Below are positions 1 to 13,335 of a stretch of DNA of 64,000 nt, in pieces. Source of the DNA: Setoptus koraiensis (lineage: Eukaryota > Animalia > Arthropoda); the NCBI GenBank assembly GCA_048013815.1, contig CM106586.1:2542001-2606000 (forward strand), read 5' to 3'. A program made the position numbers and the translations under genes. Each line of letters starts with the position of its first letter. Position 1 is the first letter of the stretch. The notes under the pieces are model-generated. The model was not told the origin of the DNA. It saw nothing but the letters and a program-made list of their open reading frames with translations, and ran no database searches.

Positions 1-3000
1 GTAGCTGCCCGGCGAATGAACGATGAATAAAGATGTTATGGCGAGTTGAAGGCTTCCCAAAATGCATCTAGCAGCAAATTCAATATGCAAATGTAAAGGA
101 TGGCAAGGCCAACTAAATGTCTGTATTATGTAGACGACAAAGGGCGTTTAAAATATCTTGTCGCGCTCTAATAAGCAACCATTAGAACGTAAACATGTTG
201 TTTTGGTAAAAGGGTGCTTTCGGGTATTTTTTTTGCCAGAAGCCGTTAAACCGGCCGCTATCAAATGGCCAAATAGATTCTCAAATGATAAACTGATCGA
301 TCGATATTTTGGCGAATCGTTGGTGGCATACAGAGAAGGCGTACAGATAAAGACAGGTATAGACAAGTATAAACAGGGCAGGCACGTACAATGCGTCCGA
401 CCCGGAGAATGCACCGGTAGATGATAGGTGCAGATGAAAAAGGCAACGAAAACAGTTATGAAAGCTGCACTGTATACTTGAGACGTCGAATTCTTTTGTA
501 CGCATGGCCGATTACATAACGGCTATCCGATAGCTCATGCGGCTCTTTTATTATTATTATTATTATTGTACTACATTATGTTTGGTGTGCAAGCGAAAGC
601 AAGTATGTTTAAAGATTATATCTCTATGTCCTCTATGTGATGTGCGAATGGAGTTGGAATTGGCAATTCACAATTGAGTATTATTATTTATGTACGCGAG
701 CCTACAGACGGATACAAACATGACCTGATTTCATCATCCACGCATCATAGTCACAGTTAATAGCGCCGTCGTCCAATAGATAATAACGACGCGATAACGC
801 TGTTGTTGCCGAAGCATCTATATTGGCTCATCATTAGCAACATTTATCAGATATTCACCTGACCCACGGTGTGTATTTTATGGCTTTATGGGTTACGAGC
901 CGTTGCACCAGCAATAATCGCTTGTATATTGCAACATAATATTATATCTCAAACTGTGTGCGTTAACGATTATAACTGTGTAGCTATACTGTAAATATAT
1001 AACAATGGTGGTATAGGAACGTTCATTCTGTTGTGCTTGCTTGTTCAAAGGATTGGTCTTGGTGAAGTTTGTGCGAGCAGTTGAGCGTTTGGCGGAGGCC
1101 GCCCGAGTGATAATAACGATATTGATGTCGTCAATGATAAGTAACGGGGCCCCGAATCAAAGTCACGCCCGTTGACCGGCGTGCCATGGGGCCTACAATA
1201 ATAATGAAATATCAGTCATGGTCAATATTCGTCGTCATGACTCGCAGCTCATCGTTTGTCATATTGACACGCAAGTTACATGCAAGTGGCAGCACTACTA
1301 CTCGAAATATCTTCCTGTATCCTGTGTGATCACTGAGAGGCCTCTCAACGACGTAGCAACTGTCAGAGGCACGTCACTCGAGGCTGATATTTAAATGATT
1401 CCATCAAGTGACACCGGACAGCGTATACGAGAAACAGCAAATTGTGTAAGTGCTTTCATTTTATTACGATTGTAGCGACAGCGTTCACATCAAGAGTAAA
1501 TGAGAAATGCATATTTCGTTGGCTTACGCTCATATGCTTGTCCGGTGCCTATGCATTATGTGATCCACTAATGGTTACTTGGAACAGTCAGACAAATAAA
1601 CAAGCCAATGAATAAACAAGTCAATGAATAAGCAAGCAAACAAATGGACGGTACAGTAACTTTTGGCACTTGCTTCGAAACCATATTGAACCGTTAGCTT
1701 ATCAAGACGGTGCTAACCAGAAAGTAGCCAGTGGACTTGTTTCAATCTATTGATGATCTACATGATTATCACAGGCAGTGTAGTGTGTGACGGGGCGCTT
1801 CGCCAACTTGCTGGCCAACTCTTGCCTGGCTAGCCAATTAAGTCTAGCCAAACTGGATCTGAACGAGCAAAAGTGTTACTCAGAGTGTTAAAGTTTAACT
1901 GCAAATACTGTAGGTATCAACTGTTTCGATTCTTACATTCAAACGAACCAACAGGCGAAGCTCGTTTTGTGCCAGGCCGCTGTGAATTAAAGATAAAATG
2001 TTGATAGTTCTCTTTAATTCTCTCGAGCCTTTCATGCTAGCTCGTGCTAGCCTCAAGCTAATTTGAGATATAAATCACATATATTATTAGTCGCTTGCCA
2101 GTCGCATGGCAAGCGACAACATGCCTATTTCGATTGTCGGTGGACTAGAGGTTGACATTTTGGTGTGACGAGCCACAGTTATCATTCCATCATATAATTA
2201 CTGGTTATTATGTAATACTAACTCGAATAATCCGTTACAGGTGGCGACACTACTCGGATTGGTCATCACCATCGCTGGAATCTATGATTCACAAGCACTC
2301 TTGTTAGATCAGAGCGAAAACAGATAAAACTCGCTCACAGAACTACTTAGATTGGGTACTTTTCATACCATATACCTGTGGTGAATGTCTGAATTTTTCA
2401 TGTTTCTTTCATTGTTAGCCACAATTCGTGTTTTTTTTTTGTTCAGCATACATGTAATAATTTTCTCGTATGATACGACGCGTTCGTCATCTAGTTGCGG
2501 CATGTATCACGTTTCCACCAATCGGATGCAACACATTTTACCTGTCAGGCACAGACACGGATTGGATTGATTGAACGACTACACAATATTCTTAGATGTG
2601 AACTTCTTTCTTAGAATGAACAGCTCAAGTGCCGACGAGGTACTTTCTATTATTTCCAACTTTCACAAACATACTCTACCCATTTCGGTTTGCCAACTTC
2701 ACAGCTCGAGCTTTCGTAGTTTTCCAGAATCATGTGATAAGAATACGAACTGTATTTGTTCTCAGTCACCTGTTCCCGTTTGATCTTCCACTGCTCGGCT
2801 ACAGCGAAGTAAAGATGAGCAGTCTTGTTGGAACAACTGACAATCCCAAGAAGGGTACCCGACCATTGAGTCCTTTGTAATATGTCCACTCTGCTACACA
2901 TACGCCAGACACTATACACACAAGTCCCTTATCGCCTTGCATTCGGTACAAACAACTGTAAAAGAGTGATCCAGAGTTATTGAATGGCGAGCTCGCACTT

Positions 3001-6000
3001 GCTGGCGATTGAAATTGTTCGCGACCAGTGGTAGATCGATCGAGTCCTTTGTCTTGTGTGAGGCACTTTTTTTCGTCATTTCTGTCCTTCATTGTCTAGG
3101 TGTATCGGCTACTACTGACAACACAAAAAAGCAGCGGGCCAATTGTTGTACAGTTATCTAAACCATAGTACATTACAACGGTAAAAGAGAAGATAAAGAA
3201 AAAAGATGCATTCCTGGGTGTAGCTGCGATCAACAATAGAGCGGTACACACAAATGAAAGACAAGAACAAGCCCATCAGCTGATCAAGGTGACAGACAAG
3301 ATCATAAGGGACATTGCATAATCAGCTGGATAAATCTATGGCCTCCTAATGCTTTGTCATGCGTTGTGAATCATCAAAATGCCAGATCGGGCCCGATTGA
3401 ATCCTGTGAGTGAGAAAACAGATTGTATGAGGCAGTAATAATATCTTTATTGTGTCAGTGTGCTAGTTGCCTATTGTCCAATTGTTGTGTCCGGGGGGAG
3501 GGAGCGCATTATTAATATTATCAGCTGTACCTTACATAATACAGTGGTAACGTTATAATCCATTGATAAAATAAAAAAATATAGAGCCGCCTAGCCTATT
3601 GTTGTCGCGCATCACGCGCGCATTTGTGCACGTGATATTATTGTGCATGATCATCTTGCTAAGACAGCGATCTTTCCAATGTACGTTCCCATTTCCAAAA
3701 GGTGGCCAATCTTTCAGCAGTTTGAGACTGTTTCGGCACAGTCTAGCCGCCATAGGACGTCTCTGGTGTTGCAAGTTATAGCTATACCGTTACGCTATAT
3801 AATGAACTGCGGTCAGCCAACACATGATCTAATCGCATGATTTAATGATCATTGTAACCTCTATTAATTGATAACTGATGAGCGTCCACTAATTACGGCA
3901 TAGTAATACCTATTAATATCAGCAAAAGTTCTATTATAGGTTTAATATGTCCCAGGTGTAGCTATAGGTGCCACCTATTGGTTTTGATGTCCATCACTTG
4001 ATATCCAACATCGGGGTCCCGTTAACTAGACACGTTGTCATAATGATATGCCAATAAGATACCATGGCGACTATTTGAAATTCACCTCAGATACAGTATT
4101 CATTCGTACAGCTAGCAATGTCTTTGTAAATTTTTCCTACGATTGCTGATCACGCGATGCAAATCATGATCATGGTAAGCAAGACTAACAACAAATTTGT
4201 CTAGCTAACGAACAACTGTGTTGTGGGCAGTTTTCACAAGTGACAACTCTATTGCCAAGCAATATATGTACAGTGTCATTCTGTTTGTTTGTTTTTTTTT
4301 TTTGTTGTTGCGATCTAATGGCTTATACATCCATCACGGGGTTGTTACATCGAATGTATCCATCAGAGTCAAAGAAGTTTGAAATATCTCTTCAATGCCA
4401 TGGCTTCAGGTATCATGAAAAAGAGGCTCGAAATTTTTTCGCTTCCGTTGTAATAATAATAGTTTATTGGTGGTCTATTTGAAGCTTTTCTGGTTTTGGG
4501 GTTTCGATAAAAGGTGAGTTAGAGATGCACAGCAACAGTGTACCCTTATATGTTTAGCTTTACGCAATCGACCGTTACACTAGTATAGGACGGCTGGAGG
4601 ACAAAATAGTTGACTCGCACTTCAATCCTAAGTGCTCATCAATAATGACTTTATAAAGACAACAAATACAGTTGTAGTTGGTGTTGTGTAACAATAACAG
4701 TGCGCCCGAATAAAGTAAAATATGAGCATCTCTTGCTGGTTTTGCCGCCGTTGCAACCTAGCAGGAACATAAACCAATACTTGTAATTGACGGCTATCTC
4801 ATAATGGCCTACTTATCATCTCTTGATGTCTATCCATTAGTTCCGATCAGCAAAAAAGACTACACACAGCGAAGAAGAACGAAAACGAGGAGCGTGTTTT
4901 TCTATGCAACTTGCTGTGTCCGAAATTATTGTCAGCGTCTATTAATGAACTGATGCTCATATTTTCGACACTTTAATTTTTTTTGACTCTCTGTCTAGCA
5001 TGCATGACGCCTGACAAGGTAAACCTCCTTTTCAGGTACAAGAGATTCCAACTGACTTATTGATCTCTGTTGTTGTTTGTATACAATTCGTTGCCATCCG
5101 ATGGATACTTGCTACTCTATGAAACAAGGTTGATAGTCAGATCGACACATAGATCATTTTTCGCGCACATACACACATTTATATTAAAATACATATAGCA
5201 GACTTCATATATATATGAAGGATATACTCTCCATATATTTTACTGCACCCACTCATGATGTCTTACGCAACCCTGTGCACCATGACAAAACGGCCATGTC
5301 TCTCTGTTCAGTCATCACTAGGATATCATCGCTTGCTGCTGTGTAAACTGTCTGGTTACTATGCAATCTGAGAATTTAAGCAAGTGTGAGCATTATGATG
5401 GTACGATATAAATTAACGACTCTCGCACGTCGTTTCGGTGTGAGTTTGTATGCATGTGACCTTATTAAAACATACTCCAACGGATATTGCGTAACCTAAG
5501 CTTTGTGACCGGACTCGCCTTTAACATTGAGCCATGTTGGATTGCCACTAACTCAAATGTAGTTTAGTTCGAACACTAGAACAAACGGTAATTGGGGCTA
5601 CCTGGCTGTAACCTTTGTCGCTGTTGCTGTGCAATATTGAACATACATGCTGAATCGGGTAGAGTTTTCATAGAGCAGATAAGAAGCTCGTGTTTGTAGT
5701 TGCTGTTGCTGGTTATGTTGTCGTGTAATAACCAAAAGCCATTCCTATTTGAATGTTCTTTTGTGCTCTGACATTGGATTATTTCATTGTTGGCCGCCTC
5801 TTTCTCTTAGTCGTTATTGTTTTTTATCATAGTTGGGCCTCTTTTGCAAGCCACAACACTACACGAACAATGCGCCAAACCACATTACACTGTTTGGCAT
5901 AATAGCATGCTAGCTGTGATCAATGTTGACCTGATTTTTTCAAAACAATCTTTCCCGAACAAATACACATACGCCCCATTATTTGACCTCGAAAAATTTT

Positions 6001-6354
6001 GTCATCTCGTCATAATATTCTATTCATAATAACAAGCTTTAGCCTCTGAATGAGATCATTCACAATTCCTCTCCGCGAAATAACTATAGACACAACCTAG
6101 CTCTAACATGATACTTTCATCTCTCCTATTATTGCTGCCTATCATTACACAAACACTCTCTACTAATACACAATGGACCTGCGACGAATAATCGTGCAAA
6201 ACCCACTAATTATCGCAACCAATTTGGAATGTCTACCAAATCTCTCAAAATGACTATTTAATTTAAATTAATCATCATTAACAAACATCATCCATGTAAT
6301 AAAACCAAACAACAATGGACATAAACTAAATTTTGAATTTGTTCTGCTGTTCAG

Positions 6355-7314
6355 AAGCATCGCAATGTTTGCCATAGTAAAGGGAAGAAAGCAAATTTGT
6401 CGGATTATAATGATGCTGACATATGTGAAGAACATGATTCAATCTCAAGCGAAACAACTAACCCAGTATCATCTACTCAAGTAGATGCCACCCAATACTT
6501 ACCACTGATTAAGCCAGACGATTCGAATGAACGCTTGGCTTATGGTGGCGCAACCAAAGCCAGCATCACTACAACCAGAAATAAACAGCAGACGAGCGTC
6601 TCATTATCCGGCTCAATGTCCACTCTATCAGCATTGAATACACGTACTATGTTTCAGCAGCCTAGACCTCCTATCTTGACCACAAAGGCCACCGTTACGC
6701 AATTACACCAACAACAGCAAGTAAACAAATTGGGCAGCGCTACAAGCGGCAACAGTGGCGACTTGTCACAACAATCATCTGGCAATTCACTGACGACTGA
6801 TCAACAATCGCCCTCAATAGATTATTTACTAGCCAACAGAGGCCACAATTTGGAAACTGTTGATAACAATCTTAAGAATGTTGTTCTAGCCACTGCCAGT
6901 TCGGCCGTTAAGACAAACGATAATTTAATCAGTTATAACAATGGTCAACCATCGGGAACCAATTCTCGCAAATCGTCTATCAGTGGTCAGTCTACGGCCG
7001 CTGTATCACAGCAATTGGCGAATGATAATCCACAAGACAACAAAAGACCCTTCTCACAATACAAAAAGGCTACCATTATTACTAGTGCCGGTTCATCGCC
7101 ATCTAAATACAGATCTCCAGGTCACTATAGTTCATCGTCTACCTCGACATCCACAAAAGCTATTTTGTCGCCATCACACCACAGCCACTGTAGCTCTATT
7201 TACAAATTGATTATTAATTACCATTTAGATGTAATTGTTTTATTATCACAAAACATTTTAACATTGTTTTTAACTTGTTTCATCACCATTATCAACATTG
7301 TTCACAGCCAATGA
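6355..7314 (+). CDS. Probable terminal exon of an unidentified gene; S/T/Q/N-rich low-complexity protein tail
   Basis: Open frame of ~320 codons starting after a pyrimidine-rich acceptor (ttctgctgttcag|AAG CAT CGC), in frame with ORF 6397..7314. No recognisable domain; upstream exons not resolved. Confidence 0.45.
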   Translation, partial: KHRNVCHSKGKKANLSDYNDADICEEHDSISSETTNPVSSTQVDATQYLPLIKPDDSNERLAYGGATKASITTTRNKQQTSVSLSGSMSTLSALNTRTMFQQPRPPILTTKATVTQLHQQQQVNKLGSATSGNSGDLSQQSSGNSLTTDQQSPSIDYLLANRGHNLETVDNNLKNVVLATASSAVKTNDNLISYNNGQPSGTNSRKSSISGQSTAAVSQQLANDNPQDNKRPFSQYKKATIITSAGSSPSKYRSPGHYSSSSTSTSTKAILSPSHHSHCSSIYKLIINYHLDVIVLLSQNILTLFLTCFITIINIVHSQ

Positions 7315-8119
7315 GCTAGCTGGATGTTAAAATACCACAATTTACCGCAATTCCATCATGCAGCATATTATGCAAGAGTTGATTGAGCTTTATCGTTTGA
7401 GTTAAACTGGGTGCAAATATGAAGATGGAATATGTCATAACTAAACTATACCTTAAAATCTTTCAATAACCAACAGACATTCTATGAAAATCAAAGCACC
7501 TATAGTTGTCGTGGAAAAAAAGGAATTTATCATCAATAGAGGCTAATAAGAAAAAAATGACACAGGTAATGGGAATCTCTGGGAGTCATTGATATATAGT
7601 AGAGTCTAGTTGATTAGATAGATAGACTGTGGGTCATCCTTAAGCACACCGTTTAGCAGCAAATGTCTCCAACGAGAGAGGAAAAACGGAGAGGACGAAG
7701 TATGCCGACATTTGTAACGGTGATTACTGGAAAGATCTTTCGCTTTTACATGCGATCTTATGGCCCTCATTTAGTCCTCTATCCGCCAGTGGAATGCAAA
7801 TTTTAACTAATAAAAGACACACTCGCAAAATCGCTTATAAATGTTTGCAGGTCGATCTCTTTCTCACCATTCCAACTCTGTCGAACACTTGTCATTTTCA
7901 GCGAACGTTCGGATCTGTCAATCGATGGCAACCTACTAAAACATCGATACAATCGGCAACAAAGGTACATCTTGTCCTGCGCAGGACACAGCGCGAATTC
8001 AGGTTGTTTCTGGTTCCATGCAAAATTCTAGATCAATTCGTTCATTTCACTTTCTAGCGTCCACCAGTTTCCCAATTCGGTTGCCTATCAACGATACAAT
8101 CCCTTGCAATGACTGGAAT

Positions 8120-10235
8120 CCTTGGTTGTTCTAGCGAATAGTGCCACACCCAGATTCTTATGAAACTTCCGGTATAGGCTTATCTTGACTCCAATAAGAC
8201 GAAAAATTCGGTCAAGAAGTGCGGAAACTTCCGTTTCCGGTTTTACAGAAACTTCGAAATACAAGCTTGAAACTCGAATTCCATCTAGATTCAGGCATGC
8301 AGAGCACACTGCTGCCGATTTTGGATCTGTGCGATCTCCGGTTCGTGAGTTGTGCGAGGAAAACCGGGTTAAAATGGGAAAAAGTTGGTGTTGGCCTTGA
8401 TAAGGGCCGTTTCATCATAGGGTGCTCCCTTCTGCGTGTAGCTCTCATTCAATGCGCATGATTGAATCCCGTCTGCGCAATCGATGGAATTAGACATGCT
8501 GTCAGATATGGTACTTGCGCCATTGATTGGAATTACGTCAATTGGTGAACTGTCAAATCTTACACTTGCGCAATCGATGGGATACTGTCTAATCTTGGGC
8601 TTCACAGCTCAAAGTCTGATCCCCTCTTATGTTGGTGTATGGATTGCAGTCACCTGAGCGGAGGGCTGAGGGCGAAGCCCGATACCCGAAGCGCTCATGA
8701 ACCCTACCCGAAGGGTTCCCGTCGCCCCGAGTCGTCGCGGGAGCGACGACGGAGATGTGACGGCCTCCAAATTACGAGGCCGCAGGCCAAGTCCTCATAC
8801 CTGTCAAAGGCAGAGCGAAGCTAAGTCCTATTTCTGCCATTCCTTGCTGGATTGAATGCGATTTCATCGAGGCACTATAAATAACCCCGAGAAAATACTC
8901 GCAAATCCCCAAATGGCTGTCGGGTAACGTGAAACGCCTACTGAGCGGTACCTCGGTTATCCCCGGAACGAGGAATTTCCGCACTTCCGGACTACCTATT
9001 TGGGTATTAAGGGACAAAACCATACCTGAAAATACCCAAAATACCCTAAAAAAGTGTGGTACTCTTCGTTAGAACAACCAAAACTCTTGAATGGAACAGA
9101 ACGTGAACGATGACCACCTATCAATCCGGGCAAAGAGAAGAAAGGCGATGAATGAATTCATCACAATGATGTGGGCTTGGTCACTATTCGATAGAACACC
9201 CGTCAAATTTCTACACGCACTTGTTATGAATAAGCGGTAGGGACGATAGAATTATGGGTGTTCTTGCGATTAGGTCCCCACTCAGATTTCGATGAAACTT
9301 CACACATGGGTCCAGTAGGGGCCCCATATCATGGAATGAGTAGACCGGAAGCCAGGAAACCTCCGGTTCCGGAGTTACTAAAAGATTGAGATAGAGCTTT
9401 GAAAATTCATAATCGGATAGATGACGTCTAGCGGAGCACGATGAAATCAAAATTAATCTTCTGCCACTTCCGTTTACCTAGATATAGCTGTTTAACGCAA
9501 AAAAGGGTGTGGCCGGGCCCTGTGCGGTCGCGATGAGCGGACCCATCCTGTGCCTCGTGCGCGCAACACCCTGTATCCATGTCTGTTTCGGTCATTTTAA
9601 CCCTGAATATCAACGAATTAGTGTGATAATAAAATTTGAGATGAAAATTATTACAACAAATGGATGGATAAAGTGTCCTGGTGTAGCATTCATCTCATTA
9701 TGTCTCCAATCCAGTTGTTCCTACTTGTCTCATCCTTATTTTTCATTCCCCCCTTCATTTGTGTATGGATTGCAGTCATGTGAGCGGAGGGTAGAGGGCG
9801 CAGCCCGATACCCGAAGCGCTCATCAACCCTACCCGAAGGGTTCCCGTCGCACGCAGTCGTCGCGGGAGCGACGACGGAGATGTGACGGCCTCCAGCATA
9901 CGAGGCCGCAGGCCGAGTTCTCAGACACACCGCATGTGCATCCCTGAGCGCAGCGAAGCAATAATTTGGTCACTTCCGGTATTCTAGACCCAGTAATATC
10001 TCTATATCTCGAAAACCGGAAGTCGCACAGAGCTGAAAATTATGTCATCGTGTTCAGCGTAGCTTGAAACGTCTGTGTAGTGAATTTCAGAGCTCTAGCT
10101 TTAACTTTATGTAAAACAGGAACCGGAAGTTTCCTGGCTTCCGGACCACTTTTTTCGTCTTAGTTAGGTCAGAATAGACCTATACCGGAAGTTTCATCAA
10201 GATCCGGTTGGGGACTTAATCGCTAGAACAACCAG
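8120..10235. repeat. Dispersed modular repeat family B (ACCGGAAGT/ACTTCCGGT-rich), probable non-autonomous DNA element(s)
   Basis: Modules such as atgaaacttccggtata, gaagtgcggaaacttcc and gaatagtgccacac recur here and, mostly inverted, at 27110-28935. A tacccaaaatacc module recurs at 21880-22105 and 29890-30015. Confidence 0.75.
8450..8600. repeat. Short degenerate minisatellite (~45-bp unit)
   Basis: tgcgcaatcgatgg-like core at ~8453, 8475, 8516 and 8566. Confidence 0.5.
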
Positions 10236-10349
10236 AATTATATGTGTATAGTATGTTTATTTATCGTGTCGATACAGGAATGGTATTTACTCCCTGTGCG
10301 CTCGCCTTAAATAGGCGACGGCGTAGCGTCGAGCGCACAGGGAGGCGGA

Positions 10350-10685
10350 GCGTTACACACTCATGCAAGGCCCGCTTGGCAACCAAATTGGAAGGAGATG
10401 ACCATCGCTTCGTTAGGGAGACAGGTGAGCACTGCCACGCTCCATCGGCGACCGAAAGAGGAAAACGCGATGCAATAAGTCTTCTTGAACAGCGAGCCAG
10501 TACCTCTCAAGATAAAACCTGTGTTATAATAAATGAGGTCCAAGCAAGCACGTCGAAGCATGTGCAGGCAGAACTACCGAGACAGACAGCACAAAAGAAG
10601 CTTTGCCAGCGCTCCAGAACCAAGCAAATACATAAGGAACCGAAGAGTCTGCAGGAGCTAATCATACCGGAAGAATTGATGGAAA
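10350..10685 (+). pseudogene. FLYWCH / MULE-type transposase N-terminal fragment, truncated by a HINE end
   Basis: Translation SCKARLATK...ETGEHCHAP (FLYWCH-like C...HxH) followed by ...LPRQTAQKKLCQRSR...EPKSLQELIIPEELMET, the usual linker before the MULE DDE domain. The frame runs into the repeat terminus at 10686. Confidence 0.7.
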
Positions 10686-12835
10686 CAAGTAATACTGATC
10701 TAATCAGTATTTCGAGCGCTTAATTTTTTGGATAGACGAGTATCGTCTGAATATTGATGCGAGTATGTGACAACATGTCGGAGATAATATCTAAGCCTGT
10801 CAGATCAGAGAAGCAGAAAAGATGACAGAATAAATCCTAGTTCTCCAAATTGCTATCGCAGCATGATAAACATGTTGATTACTTGCGTACGAAATGGTCA
10901 GTTTCGCCACAATGAGTAATATAGTTAGACACACCAATTAGTCAATGGCGCACACTCTGTTATAGTGCACCAATCTCGAATTTCAGAGATCGAGTTGTGA
11001 CCATCGAACTAAGAACACTGATCAACCAACTTTGAGCGAGCACCTGGAACTCTTATCAGGAATTCGAATTTTCAATTTTCGAATTTCGAACTCCGAATTG
11101 TGACCTCCGAACTCTGACCATCGAACATCGAACTCTGACCATCGAACATCAACCAAGGAACTCCGAGCGAGCAGCAGTCACTATTATCAGGAATTCGAAT
11201 TTACAATTTTCAATTTCGAATTTCGAAGTTCAAAATGTGACCATCGAACTTCGAATTGTGACCATCGAACTCTGTACAAGCACCTGGAACTCGTATCGGA
11301 ATTTCGAATTTTCAATTTCGAATTGTTACCACCGAACTTCGAAATGTGACCATCGAACACTGACCATCGAAGACTGACCATCGAACTCCGAAAGAGCAGA
11401 TGAAAATATCATCCGAAGCTCGAGTTTTCAATTTCGAATTTCGAAGTTCAAATTGTCACCATCGAGTTCTGACCATGGAACTAAGAACACCGATCAACCA
11501 ACTTTGAACGAGCAGCTGAAACTCTCATAAGAAATTCGAATCTTCAATTTTGAAGTTCGAATTGTCACCACCGAACTCCCCACAAATTTGACCTAGTCGA
11601 ATCTCCATAGGATTGCATAGGAAATACTTTCGAGTGAAGCGATAATAGACCAAGCCGAATCTACATAGGAATACACCGACCATCTGCCCGTTCGACGTTC
11701 GATGGTCGGAGTTCGATGGTCACAATTCGAACTTCGAAATTCGAATTTTCAATGAGTGTTTCACGTGCTCGTTCGAAGTTCGATGGTCACATTTCGAACT
11801 TCGAAATTCGAAATTGAAAATTCGGATTTCCGATACTAGTTTCAGGTGCTTGTACAGAGTTCGATGGTCACAATTCGAAGTTCGGTGGCGACAATTCGAA
11901 GTTCGATGGTCACATTTCGAAGTTCGAAATTCTAAATTGAAAATTCGAATCCCTGATGAGATTTTCAGCTGCTCTGTCGGAGTTCGATGGTCAGAGTTCC
12001 GTGGTCAATGTTCGATTGTCACATTCCGAAGTTTGGTGGTAACAATTCGGAGATCGATGGTCACATTTCGAACTTCGAAATTCAAAATTGATGCACTGTA
12101 ACAAAGTGTGCGCCATTGACCAATTATTAAATATATTGATTTTAATATTTGTTTTTTATTTAATATTGGATGTTTTATTTTTTATTTTATTTGTTTATTT
12201 AATCTTGCTATTTTTTTATTATTTTTTTATTCTTTATAATTATTTATTTATTTTTTGATTTTCTATATATTTTTAGATTTTTTTATATTTTTTTTGTATA
12301 TTTATAATTTTTTTATTTGTTTTTATTTTTATTTGTAATTGTGTTTGTTATGTATTATTGTTTATTTATTTTATTTTTTTTAATGTTTTTTTATTTTATA
12401 TTTCATTTTTGTTGTTATTTTTGTATTCTTGCTTATTAATTTTTATGGTTTTAATATTTTTTTATCTCATTTATGATATTTTTTATAAATTTATTTTTTT
12501 ATATTGTATATGAATTATATGTGTTTTTGTCTATGTTTATCTGTATTTGTGTTGATTATATTTTATATTTTTTAATTTTTATATTGGTGTGTCTAACTTA
12601 ATTATCATTGCGGTATTACTATTAGAATCGTACGCAAGAAATCACATGTGTATCATGCTGGCGATAGAAATTTGGAGAACTTGTATTTATTCTGTCATCT
12701 ATTAGGCTGCTCTGATCTAAAAGGCATAGATGTGTATCTCCTAAATGTTGTCACATGCTCGCAACCATATTCCGACGATACTCGTCTATCTAAAAAATTA
12801 AGCGCTCGAGATACTGATTGAATCAGGATCACTTG
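10686..12835. mobile_element. Two Helentron-like HINE arms fused head-to-head (large imperfect palindrome with a stem-loop 3' end on each side)
   Basis: 10686-10945 is the reverse complement of 12583-12835 plus 12090-12125. The TTCGAA-rich satellite runs in one orientation at 10975-11560 and the opposite at 11700-12090. The core 11560-11690 is the reverse complement of ~15560-15720. Confidence 0.75.
12126..12582. other. T-rich, nearly C-free low-complexity insertion inside a HINE arm
   Basis: Interrupts ccattgac(t/c)aatt|ggtgtgtctaac, which is contiguous in the sister copy at 16477-16502. Confidence 0.8.
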
Positions 12836-13335
12836 NNNNNNNNNNNNNNNNNNNNNNNNNNNNNNNNNNNNNNNNNNNNNNNNNNNNNNNNNNNNNNNNN
12901 NNNNNNNNNNNNNNNNNNNNNNNNNNNNNNNNNNNNNNNNNNNNNNNNNNNNNNNNNNNNNNNNNNNNNNNNNNNNNNNNNNNNNNNNNNNNNNNNNNNN
13001 NNNNNNNNNNNNNNNNNNNNNNNNNNNNNNNNNNNNNNNNNNNNNNNNNNNNNNNNNNNNNNNNNNNNNNNNNNNNNNNNNNNNNNNNNNNNNNNNNNNN
13101 NNNNNNNNNNNNNNNNNNNNNNNNNNNNNNNNNNNNNNNNNNNNNNNNNNNNNNNNNNNNNNNNNNNNNNNNNNNNNNNNNNNNNNNNNNNNNNNNNNNN
13201 NNNNNNNNNNNNNNNNNNNNNNNNNNNNNNNNNNNNNNNNNNNNNNNNNNNNNNNNNNNNNNNNNNNNNNNNNNNNNNNNNNNNNNNNNNNNNNNNNNNN
13301 NNNNNNNNNNNNNNNNNNNNNNNNNNNNNNNNNNN
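12836..13335. other. Assembly gap (500 N)
   Basis: Run of N. ORFs 12695..13507, 12798..13397 and 12818..13351 are artefacts of it. Confidence 1.

Noticed and set aside
148-6350. Short ORFs and isolated splice-like signals
   Set aside because: No coherent exon chain or recognisable domain could be assembled by eye; probably intronic or small exons of the gene ending at 7314.
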